DNA of 64,000 nucleotides from Candidatus Krumholzibacteriota bacterium (GTDB lineage Bacteria; Krumholzibacteriota; Krumholzibacteriia; LZORAL124-64-63): the NCBI GenBank assembly GCA_022711765.1, contig JAKLEB010000001.1:724694-788693 (forward strand), read 5' to 3'. This document shows, piece after piece, positions 20,621 through 30,748 of this stretch. The notes beneath the pieces were generated by a model. The model was given only the letters and a program-made list of their open reading frames with translations. It was not told where the DNA came from and did no database searches. The translations under genes and the position numbers were made by a program. Positions within the stretch are counted from its first letter, which is position 1; each line of letters starts with the position of its first letter.

Positions 20621-22054
20621 CTAGCTCCGCTGTCCCCGCCGCGCCGCCACAGCATCCCAGCCGGCGGCGAACGCGCGCAGGTTCATCTCCAGGAGGTCCC
20701 GCTTCTTGACGATGACCCGGAGCGTGTCCTTCACGTAATCCGCCGAGAAGATGCCGGTCGCCGCGCAGATCGCGCCGAGCATCACCACGTTGGCGACCTT
20801 CGCCGTGCCCACCTGGTCGGCGAGCTCCGTGGCGGGGAGCATGGTGACCTTGAGCCGCTTCGCGTCCGGCTCCGACGTGCAGATGCCGCTGTCCACGAAG
20901 ATCCAGCCGCCGTCGCGCACGTCCTTCTCGAACATCTCGAGCGACGGCTGGTTCATCACGACCAGGACGTTCGGATGCTCCACGGTCGGCGCGCCGATCC
21001 GGCTCCGGCAGATGTTGACCGAGCAGTTCGCGGTGCCCCCGCGCATCTCCGGACCGTAGGCGGGGAACCAGCTGACCTGGTGGCCGGCCTTCATGCCGAT
21101 CTGCGCCAGGAAGAGCCCCAGCGTGAGGATGCCCTGCCCGCCGAATCCGGCGAACTTGCAATTGAGATCCAGCGGCAGCTCGACGGGGTCGAGCGAGAGG
21201 GGAGTCTGCATCGCCTGGAGGTACTCATGCCGCTTCGCGACGTCGAACGGCTCGCTCGTGCGGTCCCACGCATTCGCTTCCACCTCGTCGCTGCGATCCT
21301 TGAACACGCCGAGCGGGAAGACCTCCTCCATGACGGTCACCAGGTGCTCGCGCGCGTCCGTCGGGTCCATCTTCCAGCCGGTCGGACAGGGCGACAGGAT
21401 CTCGACGAAGCTGTAGCCCTTACCTTCGATCTGGTTCTGCAGCGCCTTGCGGATGGCCTTGCGGGTCTGCATGATCTGCTTGCTGTTGCCCAGGGCCACC
21501 CGGGTGATGTAGGTCGGCGCCGGCAGCGTCGCGAGCAGCTCGCACACCCGGATCGGGTTGCCGTGCACGACCTCCGCGCGCCCGCGCGGGGTGGTCGTCG
21601 TGCGCTGGCCGATCATCGTCGTGGGCGCCATCTGGCCGCCGGTCATCCCGTAGATCGCGTTGTTGATGAAGAACACCGAGATGTTCTCGCCGCGATTCGC
21701 GGCATGGATGGTCTCGGCGGTGCCGATCGCCGCGAGGTCGCCGTCGCCCTGGTAGCTGATCACGATCGCCCGGGGATTCGTGCGTTTGATCCCGGTCGCG
21801 ACCGCCGGCGCGCGACCATGCGCGGACTGGACGTTGCCGCTGTTGAAGTAGTAGTAGCCGAAGACGGAACAGCCGACCGGGCTGACGAACACCGAGCGCT
21901 CGGCGACCCCGAGGTCCTCGAGCGCCTCGGCGATCATCTTGTGGACGTTGCCGTGTCCGCAACCGGGGCAGTAATGGGTCGTCTTCTTGCCGCCAGCGGA
22001 CTTGCGTTCGAACTCGCTGTAGAAGCTGGCGGGTTTCTCGAATACCTTAGCCAT
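20621..22054 (-). CDS. korB: 2-oxoacid:ferredoxin oxidoreductase beta subunit (TPP-binding) with a fused C-terminal gamma domain
   Basis: Internal Met of ORF 20621..22270 (MAKVFEKP...). TPP-binding GDG...NN motif region and four Cys (CPGCGHG...C). The C-terminal ~180 aa resemble gamma/POR_N subunits. The start codon overlaps the korA stop by 1 nt. Confidence 0.8.
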   Translation of the reverse strand: MAKVFEKPASFYSEFERKSAGGKKTTHYCPGCGHGNVHKMIAEALEDLGVAERSVFVSPVGCSVFGYYYFNSGNVQSAHGRAPAVATGIKRTNPRAIVISYQGDGDLAAIGTAETIHAANRGENISVFFINNAIYGMTGGQMAPTTMIGQRTTTTPRGRAEVVHGNPIRVCELLATLPAPTYITRVALGNSKQIMQTRKAIRKALQNQIEGKGYSFVEILSPCPTGWKMDPTDAREHLVTVMEEVFPLGVFKDRSDEVEANAWDRTSEPFDVAKRHEYLQAMQTPLSLDPVELPLDLNCKFAGFGGQGILTLGLFLAQIGMKAGHQVSWFPAYGPEMRGGTANCSVNICRSRIGAPTVEHPNVLVVMNQPSLEMFEKDVRDGGWIFVDSGICTSEPDAKRLKVTMLPATELADQVGTAKVANVVMLGAICAATGIFSADYVKDTLRVIVKKRDLLEMNLRAFAAGWDAVAARRGQRS

Positions 22055-23115
22055 CAGCGCTGACCTCCCGCCAGGATCTGCTCGTACTGAGCCAGGATCT
22101 CCGCGCCGCCCGGCACCATGCCGCCGCAACGGCCGTAGAAGTGCACGGGGCAACGCCCTTCCACCGCCAGCCGCACGTCCTCGACCATCTGACCGGTCGA
22201 CAGCTCGATCGCCAGGAAGTGGTGGACGCGGGACGCCAGCTTGACGATCGCCGCCGTGGGGAACGGCCACACCGTGATGGGTCGCAAGAGTCCCACCTTG
22301 AGCCCCCGGTCGCGGGCCTCGTCGATCGTGGAGTAGACGATGCGGCTCACGACGCCGTAGGCGACGACCACCAGTTCCGCGTCATCGGTGCGGTACTCCT
22401 CGAACCGGACCTCGCGCTGCTTGATCTCCTGGTACTTCCGATCGAGCGCGAGGTTGTGCCGTTCCAGCACCTCCGGCTCCAGGTAGATCGAGCTGATCAG
22501 GTTGTCGCGGGTCGCGGCGTCGCCGCGGACGGCCCAGCTCGTGTGGTCGAAGGGCACGAGCTTGGGCTCGGGGATCTCGACGACCTCCATCATCTGGCCG
22601 GTGATGCCGTCGGCCAGGATGCAGGCCGGGTTGCGGTAGCGGTCCGCGAGATCGAACGCGAGCATCGTCAGGTCGCACATCTCCTGAGCGCTGTTGGGCG
22701 CGAGGGCGATCAGCCGGTAATTGCCGTGGCCGCCGCCCTTGGTGACCTGGAAGTAGTCGGCCTGCTCGGGGGCGATGTTGCCGAGGCCGGGGCCGCCGCG
22801 CACGACGTTCACCACGACGCAGGGCAGTTCGGCGCCGGCGATGTAGCTGAGCCCTTCCTGCTTGAGGCTGAATCCCGGCGAGGACGAGGCGGTCATCGCG
22901 CGGATCCCCATGCCGGCGGTGCCGTAGACCATGTTGATGGCCGCGACCTCGCTCTCCGCCTGGATGAAGACGCCGCCGAGCGCCGGGAAATGCGTGGCGG
23001 CGGCATGGGCGATCTCGCTCGCGGGCGTGATCGGGTAGCCGAAGTAGGAGCGGCAGCCCGCCGCCAGGGCCCCCATGATGATCGCGTCGTTGCCCTTCAT
23101 GAACTGTCTGGCCAT
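22054..23115 (-). CDS. korA: 2-oxoacid:ferredoxin oxidoreductase alpha subunit
   Basis: Internal Met of ORF 22054..23202 (MARQFMKGNDAIIMGALAAG...), with GGAGGATT 7 nt upstream. Conserved alpha-subunit N-terminus and TK-like fold blocks. Confidence 0.8.
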   Translation of the reverse strand: MARQFMKGNDAIIMGALAAGCRSYFGYPITPASEIAHAAATHFPALGGVFIQAESEVAAINMVYGTAGMGIRAMTASSSPGFSLKQEGLSYIAGAELPCVVVNVVRGGPGLGNIAPEQADYFQVTKGGGHGNYRLIALAPNSAQEMCDLTMLAFDLADRYRNPACILADGITGQMMEVVEIPEPKLVPFDHTSWAVRGDAATRDNLISSIYLEPEVLERHNLALDRKYQEIKQREVRFEEYRTDDAELVVVAYGVVSRIVYSTIDEARDRGLKVGLLRPITVWPFPTAAIVKLASRVHHFLAIELSTGQMVEDVRLAVEGRCPVHFYGRCGGMVPGGAEILAQYEQILAGGQR

Positions 23116-23132
23116 GGAGAATCCTCCAGTCC

Positions 23133-23357
23133 TCAAGGTTTGACGACCCGGATCGCGCCCGGCTCGGGACAGGCGTAGAAGCACAGGCCGCAGCCGGTGC
23201 AACCCTCGCCGGTGTAGTACGCCGGGTGGTAGCTGGAGCTGTTGAGCTTCTCGCTGATGGCGATGACGCTCTTCGGACAGACGTCGAGGCAGAGCTGGCA
23301 GCCTTTGCAGAGCTCGGCGTCGACTTCCATGAAGGGGGTTTGGATCGTCACGGGCAT
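23133..23357 (-). CDS. 2x[4Fe-4S] ferredoxin (delta subunit of the oxidoreductase)
   Basis: 74 aa at the C-terminus of ORF 23133..24380. Two CxxCxxCxxxCP clusters ([12 protein letters not shown] and [12 protein letters not shown]). Lies 18 nt upstream of korA. Confidence 0.8.
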   Translation of the reverse strand: MPVTIQTPFMEVDAELCKGCQLCLDVCPKSVIAISEKLNSSSYHPAYYTGEGCTGCGLCFYACPEPGAIRVVKP

Positions 23358-23440
23358 CACCTCGCGAGGAAGGATCGGGTTTGACCGTGGACCAAACATA
23401 ATCAACGCGTCCGGCCCGCGAAAAAAGAAAGTTGCCGGGC

Positions 23441-24223
23441 TCAGCGGTGCCGGAACTCGGGAGGCCGCTTCGCGAGGAACGCCTGACAACCCTCGGCGGC
23501 GTCGGCGCTCGCGCAGGTCACGCCGAAGAGGGCCGCCTCCAGCCGGACCGCCGCATCGGCGGACATGCCCGCGCCCTCGTTGACGGCCTTGAGCGCCGCG
23601 CGCAGCGCGACCGCCGGCCGGCACGCGAGGCGCGCCGCCAGGTCCAGGGCCTGCGGCAGCACTTCGGCTCGCGGCAGGACACGAGTGACCAGGCCCCAGG
23701 CCAGCGCCTGATCGGCCGTGATCGGCTCGCCGCCGAGGATCATCTCCAGGGCGCGGCCGCGGCCCACGAGCCGCGGCAGCCGCTGGGTGCCCCCGAAACC
23801 GGGAATCAGTCCCAGACCGGTCTCGGGAAGGCCGAGCCTGGCGCTGTCCGCCGCCCAGCGGATCGTGCACGCGAGCGCGAGCTCGAGCCCGCCGCCCAGG
23901 GCGAAACCGCCGATGGCCGCGACGACCGGCTTGCCGAGATTCTCGATGCGCCACATCAGGCTCTGACCGGTGGCGGCGTAGCGCTCGGCGCCGGGCGGGT
24001 CGAGCGCGGCCAGCTCGGCGATGTCGGCACCGGCCACGAAGGCCCGGTCCCCCGCGCCGGTCAGCACGACCGCCCGGATCCCGTCGTCCTGGCCCAGCTC
24101 GGCGAAAACGCGGCCGAGGTCGCTGATCGTGGCGATATCGAGAGCGTTCAGTCGCTGGGGGCGGTCGACGACCACGGTCGCCACGGCCCCCTCGCGCCGG
24201 CACTGCAAGCTCGGACTGGACAT
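23441..24223 (-). CDS. enoyl-CoA hydratase/isomerase (crotonase family)
   Basis: Internal Met of ORF 23441..24271. Crotonase fold blocks ([25 protein letters not shown]). Confidence 0.8.
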   Translation of the reverse strand: MSSPSLQCRREGAVATVVVDRPQRLNALDIATISDLGRVFAELGQDDGIRAVVLTGAGDRAFVAGADIAELAALDPPGAERYAATGQSLMWRIENLGKPVVAAIGGFALGGGLELALACTIRWAADSARLGLPETGLGLIPGFGGTQRLPRLVGRGRALEMILGGEPITADQALAWGLVTRVLPRAEVLPQALDLAARLACRPAVALRAALKAVNEGAGMSADAAVRLEAALFGVTCASADAAEGCQAFLAKRPPEFRHR

Positions 24224-24406
24224 GGATCGATTCCTCCTGTTTGATGTCGACCCGACCGGATCGCTTGTCACCCCGCAATTTAGCGCGAGTGGCGGGCGTT
24301 GGCTTCACCATCGGTTGGCGCGGTGTTCGACCCCCGTGGTATGATTGAGTCGGGCGAGGGGGCGAAGATCCAGGCGTCACCCGCGGAGAGCGAGAGACGG
24401 GGACGT

Positions 24407-25807
24407 ATGCACGCGACAGGGATCGTCATCCTCACGATCGGCGCGAGCCTCGCGGTCGGGCTCGCCGCCGGCGTCTGGATCGGATGGCGCTGGTACCGAC
24501 GGCGTGCGCGTGGCGGCGCCGACGGCGAGAGCGCCGACCTGCGCCAGCACCTCCAGCGCGCCCAGCGCATGGAAGCGCTCGGCATCCTCAGCGGCAGCAT
24601 CATGCACAACCTCAACAACCTTCTCTCGGTGGTGATCGGGCAGGCGCGTCTCGTTCGCGATGATCTGACGGCGGACACGCCGCCCTGGCGCAGTCTGGGG
24701 CAGGTCATCCAGGCGGCGGAGGTCGCCGCCGAGTTGAGTCGCGAGGTCGACGGCTACCAGAGCGAGATCGACCACGACCGCCGGCCCGTCCGGCTGCAGG
24801 CTGTCGTGCGCGCGACGGTCAAGCTGCTGCGCGACATCCTTCCCGACACCGTCCACATCGAGACCGACCTCGATCCGGGCTGCGGCCCGGTGCTCGCCAG
24901 CACGACCCAGGTCCAGCAGGTCCTGATGAGCCTGTGCAGCAACGCCTACCACGCGATGTACCGCCGTCGCGGCCGCATCTCGGTCTCGATGACGCCGACG
25001 GAGATCGCCACGAAGCGTCCCGCCGTGCCGCGGGATCTCGAGCCGGGTTCCTACGTCCAGCTGTCGGTCGCCGACAACGGCCGCGGCATGGACACCGAGA
25101 CGCTCCAGCACATCTTCGAGCCGTACTTCAGCGCGCGCTCGCCGCGACGCGGCGCGGGTCTGGGCCTGACGATGGTGTCGCGCCTTTTGGCCGCCAACGA
25201 GGGCGTGACGATCCCCAGCAGCTTGCCGGGACACGGCACGCGTTTCGACATCTACTTCCCGATCATCGCGCGGGGCGTGCGGGCCGAGAGGGAACCGGGG
25301 ACGCCGGCGCCCGGCGCCGAGCCGACCGCCCCCGGCCTGCCGCCGGCCCTCGACGCGTACCAGGCGCCCGCGATCGCCGAGTTCGCGGCGGTGCCTCCCC
25401 AGCGCGCGCTCCGACCGGCCCACATCCTCGTGGTCGAGGACGACAGCATGGTGGCGGACACGGTTCGCACCTGCCTCGAGCGTTCGGGCATGCGGGTGAC
25501 CACGCACGACGACGGGGCGGCGGCGCTGGCCGCCTTCGCGGCCGACCCCGGCGCCTACGATCTGCTGTTGACGGACCAGTTCATGCGCGGGCTCGACGGG
25601 CGCGAGGTCATCGCCGAGGTGCGGCGCGTGCGCCCGCGCTTGCCGGTCATCCTGATGTCCGGCCACCCCGAGGGGCTCCGCCGCGAGGAGATCGCGGCGC
25701 TGGGCATGAGCGGCGCGCTCGCCAAGCCGTTCTCGCCGGCCCAGCTCGTCGGGACGGTCCGCACCGCCCTGCGCGCCGACCAGCGCGTGCGCGAGGGACA
25801 GGCCTAG
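24407..25807 (+). CDS. hybrid sensor histidine kinase / response regulator (TM-HisKA-HATPase-REC)
   Basis: Internal Met of ORF 24299..25807. One TM helix, H-box [10 protein letters not shown] boxes, and a C-terminal REC domain (ILVVEDD...D...K). Confidence 0.8.
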   Translation: MHATGIVILTIGASLAVGLAAGVWIGWRWYRRRARGGADGESADLRQHLQRAQRMEALGILSGSIMHNLNNLLSVVIGQARLVRDDLTADTPPWRSLGQVIQAAEVAAELSREVDGYQSEIDHDRRPVRLQAVVRATVKLLRDILPDTVHIETDLDPGCGPVLASTTQVQQVLMSLCSNAYHAMYRRRGRISVSMTPTEIATKRPAVPRDLEPGSYVQLSVADNGRGMDTETLQHIFEPYFSARSPRRGAGLGLTMVSRLLAANEGVTIPSSLPGHGTRFDIYFPIIARGVRAEREPGTPAPGAEPTAPGLPPALDAYQAPAIAEFAAVPPQRALRPAHILVVEDDSMVADTVRTCLERSGMRVTTHDDGAAALAAFAADPGAYDLLLTDQFMRGLDGREVIAEVRRVRPRLPVILMSGHPEGLRREEIAALGMSGALAKPFSPAQLVGTVRTALRADQRVREGQA

Positions 25808-25809
25808 CC

Positions 25810-27360
25810 TCACAGCGGGATCAGGCCGTGCTTCTTCGGCGGCCGCGCCGCGCGTTTGGTCCGCAGGGCCGCGAGCGCGTGCACCAGGTACCGGCGGGTC
25901 TCCGCCGGTTCGATGATGTCGTCGACCATGCCGCGGCCCGCCGCCACGTAGGGATTGGCGAACGTCTCGGTGTACTCCCGGATCTTCTCCAGCCTCATTT
26001 CGGCCGGGCTCGCCGCCTCCTCGATGTCCCGGCGGTAGAGCACGTTGACCGCGCCCTCGGCGCCCATCACCGCGATCTCGGCGCTGGGCCAGGCGGCGAC
26101 CCGATCCGCGCCCATGCTCTTGCCGCACATGGCGAGATAGGCGCCGCCGTACGCCTTGCGGGTCACCACGGTGACCTTGGGCACGATCGAAGCGCCGTAG
26201 GCGAAGAGCATCTTGGCGCCGTGCCGGATGATGCCGCCGTACTCCTGCTGCACGCCCGGCAGGAAGCCGGGCACGTCCACGAACGTCACGACCGGGAGGT
26301 CGAAGGCATTGCAGAAACGGATGAAGCGCGCGCCCTTGCAGCTGCTGTCGATGTCCAGCACGCCGGCCTTGTGCTGCGGATTGTTGCCGACGATGCCGAC
26401 GGCGTGGCCGTCGAGGCGGCCGAATCCGACGACCAGGTTCGGCGCGAAATCCCGCTGGACCTCGAGGAAGTCCGCGCCGTCGACCACGCCCAGGATGACC
26501 TGGTGCATGTCATACGCCTCGCGCGGATTGTCCGGGACGATGGCGTCGAGCGACCGGTTCGCTGCGGCGGCGTCATCGCGCCGCCCGGGGACGACCGGCG
26601 GCTGGCCGGCGTTGCTGCTCGGCAGGAAGCTCAGGAGCTTGCGACAGATCGCGAACGCCTCGGCCTCGGTCTGCGCGACGAAATGCGTCACGCCGCTGTA
26701 GCGGGCGTGGCTCTGCGCGCCGCCGAGGTCCTCAGGCGTCACGCGCTCGCCGGTCACCTGCTCGATGACCTTGGGCCCGGTGATGAACATCTGGCCGATG
26801 CCCTGCACCTGGATCACGAAGTCGGTGAGCGCCGGCGAGTAGACCGCGCCGCCCGCGCACGGGCCGGCGATGATGCAGATCTGCGGGACGACGCCGGAGA
26901 GCTGGATGTTGCGATAGAAGATGGCGCCGTAGCCGTCCAACGAGTCGACGCCTTCCTGGATGCGGGCGCCGCCGGAGTCGTTGATGAAGACGAATGGGTT
27001 GCCGGTGGCGAGAGCCTGGTCCTGGATCTCGCAGATCTTCCGGGCCGTCGCCTCGCCCACGGCGCCGCCCGCGACCGTGAAATCCTGGCTCGCGGCGTAG
27101 AGCGGGCGCCCGTCGACCAGACCGTGGCCGGTCACCACGCCCTCGCCCGGGAACTCCTGGTTCTCCAGGCCGAAGTGGCTGCACCGGTGCTTCATGAAGA
27201 GGTGCATCTCGCGGAAGGTGTCGCCGTCGAAGAGCAGGGCGAGCCGCTCGCGCGCCGTCAGCTTGCCCTTCTCGTGCTGCTGGACGATCCGCTTCGCGCC
27301 CCCGCCCTGGCCGAGGCGTTCCTTCTCCCGCAGCAGCCGGTCGATCTTGTCCGAGCCCAT
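25810..27360 (-). CDS. acyl-CoA carboxylase carboxyltransferase subunit (propionyl-CoA carboxylase beta / methylmalonyl-CoA decarboxylase alpha family)
   Basis: Internal Met of ORF 25810..27414 (MGSDKIDRLLREKERL...). Carboxyltransferase N and C domains, 516 aa. Confidence 0.8.
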   Translation of the reverse strand: MGSDKIDRLLREKERLGQGGGAKRIVQQHEKGKLTARERLALLFDGDTFREMHLFMKHRCSHFGLENQEFPGEGVVTGHGLVDGRPLYAASQDFTVAGGAVGEATARKICEIQDQALATGNPFVFINDSGGARIQEGVDSLDGYGAIFYRNIQLSGVVPQICIIAGPCAGGAVYSPALTDFVIQVQGIGQMFITGPKVIEQVTGERVTPEDLGGAQSHARYSGVTHFVAQTEAEAFAICRKLLSFLPSSNAGQPPVVPGRRDDAAAANRSLDAIVPDNPREAYDMHQVILGVVDGADFLEVQRDFAPNLVVGFGRLDGHAVGIVGNNPQHKAGVLDIDSSCKGARFIRFCNAFDLPVVTFVDVPGFLPGVQQEYGGIIRHGAKMLFAYGASIVPKVTVVTRKAYGGAYLAMCGKSMGADRVAAWPSAEIAVMGAEGAVNVLYRRDIEEAASPAEMRLEKIREYTETFANPYVAAGRGMVDDIIEPAETRRYLVHALAALRTKRAARPPKKHGLIPL

Positions 27361-27495
27361 GCGCCGCTCGCTCCTGTCATCTGGTTGCGCACCGTCCTCG
27401 TCACCCTCGCCCAAAGGTACCGGCGCGCGGCGACGCCGGCCACTGATTTGTGACAGGAACAGGCTGCTTTTCGCCGCGGCGGAGCGGCGCCGACC

Positions 27496-28611
27496 TTACT
27501 TGAGGTTCTCGGGGTTGAGGCCCTGCAGATCAGCCGGCACGAAGCGCCCGTCCTTGCGGACGAGGACTCCGTCGAAGGTGATCTCGCCGCCGCCCCATTC
27601 GGGCGTCTGGATCGAGACGAGATCCCAGTGCAGCGCCGACTTGTTGCCGTTCCAGGCCCTCTCGTAGGCATTGCCCGGAGTCAGGTGGAAGCTGCCGCCG
27701 ATCTTCTCGTCGAACAGGGTGTCGAGCATGGGTCGCGTGATGTGGGGATTCACGCCGAGGGCGAACTCGCCGAAGAACCGCGCGCCCGCGTCGACGTCGA
27801 GGAACTCGTTCAGCTTGCGCGCGTCGCCGTCGCAGGTCGCCTCGACGATCCTCCCCCCGCGCACGACGAAGCGGATGTTCTGGAACTTGATCCCGCTGCG
27901 CATGGTCGCCGCGTTGTACGTGATCACGCCCTCGACACTGTCGCGGACCGGCGCCGTGTAGACCTCGCCGTCCGGGATGTTGCGGCCGCCGTCGCACTTC
28001 ACCGCGCCGATCCCCTTGACGCTGAACCGCAGATCCGTGCCGGGGCCGGCGACCTGGACGCGGTCCGTCCGGTTGATCAGGTCGGCGAGAGGGTCCATCG
28101 CGCGCGACATCCGCGCGTAGTCGAGGCAGCAGACGTCGTAGTAGAAATCCGCGAAGACCTCCGTCGGCTGCTCCGCCAGCTGCGCCATGGCCGGGTTGGG
28201 GTAGCGCAGGACGCACCATTTCTTCTTCAGCCGGACCGGGATGTGGACCTCGTCCCAATACGCCTGGTCGTGCCACTTCATCCGCTCCGCCGGGACGTCG
28301 GCGAGATCGAAGGGATTCGTGGAGCCGCGGATGCCGAGGTAGGCGTCGACGGATTCCATGATCGGACGATGGAACCGGCCCCAGGCCTGGAACTGGGCCT
28401 GGCTGGCGTGGCGGATGAACGGCCGGCTCAGCTCCTCGTCGTTGTAGTACCAGAACGGCACGCCACCGGCCACGGTCGCCGCCTCGATGACGGCGCGGCC
28501 CAGCTCGAGCGCGTGGAGGCCCTTGATCTCGACGTAGAGCTTCTCGCCCGGCTGGAGCTTGACGCTGTAGGTAACGAGCTGCTCGGCGAGCCGGCGGTTG
28601 CGGGGGTCCAT
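27496..28611 (-). CDS. aminopeptidase, peptidase family M29 (AmpS/PepS-like)
   Basis: Internal Met of ORF 27496..28683, with GGAGGAA 3 nt upstream. M29 conserved blocks throughout, 371 aa. Confidence 0.75.
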   Translation of the reverse strand: MDPRNRRLAEQLVTYSVKLQPGEKLYVEIKGLHALELGRAVIEAATVAGGVPFWYYNDEELSRPFIRHASQAQFQAWGRFHRPIMESVDAYLGIRGSTNPFDLADVPAERMKWHDQAYWDEVHIPVRLKKKWCVLRYPNPAMAQLAEQPTEVFADFYYDVCCLDYARMSRAMDPLADLINRTDRVQVAGPGTDLRFSVKGIGAVKCDGGRNIPDGEVYTAPVRDSVEGVITYNAATMRSGIKFQNIRFVVRGGRIVEATCDGDARKLNEFLDVDAGARFFGEFALGVNPHITRPMLDTLFDEKIGGSFHLTPGNAYERAWNGNKSALHWDLVSIQTPEWGGGEITFDGVLVRKDGRFVPADLQGLNPENLK

Positions 28612-28771
28612 GGTTCCTCCTCGGCACGGTGGTGGCGGACGATCCAGCGATGGATCATAGCCAGAGACCGCCGGTCGAGGCAACCACCGAACGCCGGATC
28701 CGGGCTTGCCGGCGCCTCGCCGCGGCGCTTAAATACGGGCGACGCGAAGGTCTCCGAGCAAAGGAACGACC

Positions 28772-29209
28772 ATGACCGCTTTCCCCGAGCTTCCGGCGGG
28801 CGCCGCCGGCTTCGTGGACCACATCGGCATCGCGGTGCCCGATCTCGACGCGGCGCTCCTGCTCTACCGCGACCTGCTCGGCCTGGAGCTGGAGCGCACC
28901 GAGGAGGTGCCGAGCGAGAAGGTCAAGGTGGCCATGCTGAAGCTCGACCGCGCCGGCGCCGCGGGCCACGTCGAACTCCTCGCGCCGCTGAGCGACGACT
29001 GCAACATCGCGCGGTTCATCGCCAAGCGAGGGCCGGGCCTGCACCACCTCGCCCTGGCTGCGGCGAACCTCGAACTCGTGGTCCAGCGCTGTCGCGCCGC
29101 GGGGCTCCGCGTACTCGACGAGTCCCCGCGCGGCGGCGCCGGCGGCAAGCGGATCGTGTTCCTGCACCCCAAGGATACCGCCGGAGTGCTGCTCGAGATC
29201 TGCCAGTAG
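28772..29209 (+). CDS. methylmalonyl-CoA epimerase (VOC/glyoxalase fold)
   Basis: 145 aa. HIGIAV...H...E metal ligand pattern typical of MM-CoA epimerase. AAAGGAAC upstream. Confidence 0.8.
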   Translation: MTAFPELPAGAAGFVDHIGIAVPDLDAALLLYRDLLGLELERTEEVPSEKVKVAMLKLDRAGAAGHVELLAPLSDDCNIARFIAKRGPGLHHLALAAANLELVVQRCRAAGLRVLDESPRGGAGGKRIVFLHPKDTAGVLLEICQ

Positions 29210-29212
29210 GCG

Positions 29213-29893
29213 CTACTCGCGCGGCGCCCGGGCGCGGTAGATCCCGACGTTCGCATAGCCGATCTTGCACGGAGCGGCCGCGAGGTCCGGCTCGACGGTC
29301 GGATTGAGGACCGCAGGCGCGTAGCCGGCGCCGAAGAAGTAGTTCTCCTGGCTCGCGTCCGTGGTCCCCACGTAGCCGGCGTAGATGCCGGCGTCGCCGC
29401 ATCCCTCCAGATCCGCGCAGGTCGGCACACCCGCCGGGTCGAGCGCGAACCGCACGTTGCTGGCCGGCCCGGCCAGCGTGACCGTCCAGTGGCAGAGCAC
29501 GAGGCGCCCGTCCTTGATCAGCTCGCCGGGCACCGTGCCCACCCGGCACTGGGCCGGGCCGGACCCGAAGTCGCGGTGCGGGATGTCGACCGTCTTGGCG
29601 AGGGTCACCTCGTCGGCGCCCTCGACCAGGAGCGTGAGCTCGAAGCCGCCGAGGGCCAGGAACACGCCGCCGGGACCCTCCACCTGGGCCACCTCGTCGA
29701 GGACCGCCCAGACGTCCACCCGGACGACACCGTTCGAATCGGGCGGCGCGTCCTTGACCGCCTGCAGATCGGGCCCCGGGGTGAACGACAGCTTCACCAC
29801 GCCGTTGCCGCCGCAGAAGATGGTCGCCGCGGCCGGGCCAGCCGCGATGAGGGCGCCCCCGACGAGCGCCGCGGCCAGGATTCTCGACGTCAT
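29213..29893 (-). CDS. secreted hypothetical protein (signal peptide, 8 Cys), last gene of the ABC-2 cluster
   Basis: 226 aa. Signal peptide MTSRILAAALVGGALIAAGPAAA. No recognisable domain. Confidence 0.5.
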   Translation of the reverse strand: MTSRILAAALVGGALIAAGPAAATIFCGGNGVVKLSFTPGPDLQAVKDAPPDSNGVVRVDVWAVLDEVAQVEGPGGVFLALGGFELTLLVEGADEVTLAKTVDIPHRDFGSGPAQCRVGTVPGELIKDGRLVLCHWTVTLAGPASNVRFALDPAGVPTCADLEGCGDAGIYAGYVGTTDASQENYFFGAGYAPAVLNPTVEPDLAAAPCKIGYANVGIYRARAPRE

Positions 29894-29905
29894 GACCGTC
29901 TCCTC

Positions 29906-30748
29906 TCAGCTTCCGGTGCTCGTGTAGCGTCGCAGACCCGCGCGCCACACTGTGTAGGCCAGCGCCATCACGAGCACCCCCACCAGCGGGGTGCACATCG
30001 CCCAGCGCCGGACGTCGGGCCCGCCCACGAACCAGGTGGCGGGCAGGTAGGCCACCCAGGCGAAGGGCAGCACGAAGGTCAGGAAAGCTTGCACCCCGCG
30101 ACCGTAGATGGTCAAGGGGTACCGGGCGAACCGGATGACGTTGTAGATCGGCGGCGCCAGGCCCAGGCGGTCCTCGAACCAGAACGAGACCGCGGCGAGA
30201 CCGAGGAAGACGGCCGTGTAGACCAGCGCGGCCGACGGCACCAGCACGGCGAAGACGGCGATGTCCCAGGGCCCCGGCCGCAGCTCGAGCGCGACCGCGG
30301 CGTAGCCCATGATCCCGGCGCCCAGCATGATCTCGTTGAGGCCGGAGACGTTGAAGGACTCGAAGAGCACCTGGGCGAGCGGGTTGACCGGCCTGAGCAG
30401 CACGCGATCGAGATTGCCGTCGGCGATGTAGTGCTCGGCGAAGCTGTAGATGTTGATGCTGATCAGGTTGAAGAGTCCCAGCGGCAGCAGGCTGAATCCG
30501 TAGATGAACAGGACCTGTTCGAAGCTCCAGCCCTTCAGCGCGGTGACCTTGTCGAACAGCACGGTCAAGGTCGCGAGCTGCACGCCGACGGCGACGAGGT
30601 TCGCCGCCAGGTCGACCAGGAAATCGACGCGGTAGACCAGCCGGGTCTTCAGGAACTGCGCGAAGTACGCGACGATGATCTGCAGTTGCCAGCCGGCGCG
30701 CTGCCAGCGCGTCCGCTGCGGGCCGGCGGCGAGCTGGATCCCGTTCAC
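29906..30748 (-). CDS. ABC-2 family transporter permease (paralogue 2)
   Basis: GTG start (VNGIQ...) overlapping the upstream stop as GTGA. Six TM helices. Paralogous to 31395..32252 (shared FLKxRLxYRxxF and LPxxWFxG blocks). Confidence 0.65.
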   Translation of the reverse strand: MNGIQLAAGPQRTRWQRAGWQLQIIVAYFAQFLKTRLVYRVDFLVDLAANLVAVGVQLATLTVLFDKVTALKGWSFEQVLFIYGFSLLPLGLFNLISINIYSFAEHYIADGNLDRVLLRPVNPLAQVLFESFNVSGLNEIMLGAGIMGYAAVALELRPGPWDIAVFAVLVPSAALVYTAVFLGLAAVSFWFEDRLGLAPPIYNVIRFARYPLTIYGRGVQAFLTFVLPFAWVAYLPATWFVGGPDVRRWAMCTPLVGVLVMALAYTVWRAGLRRYTSTGS

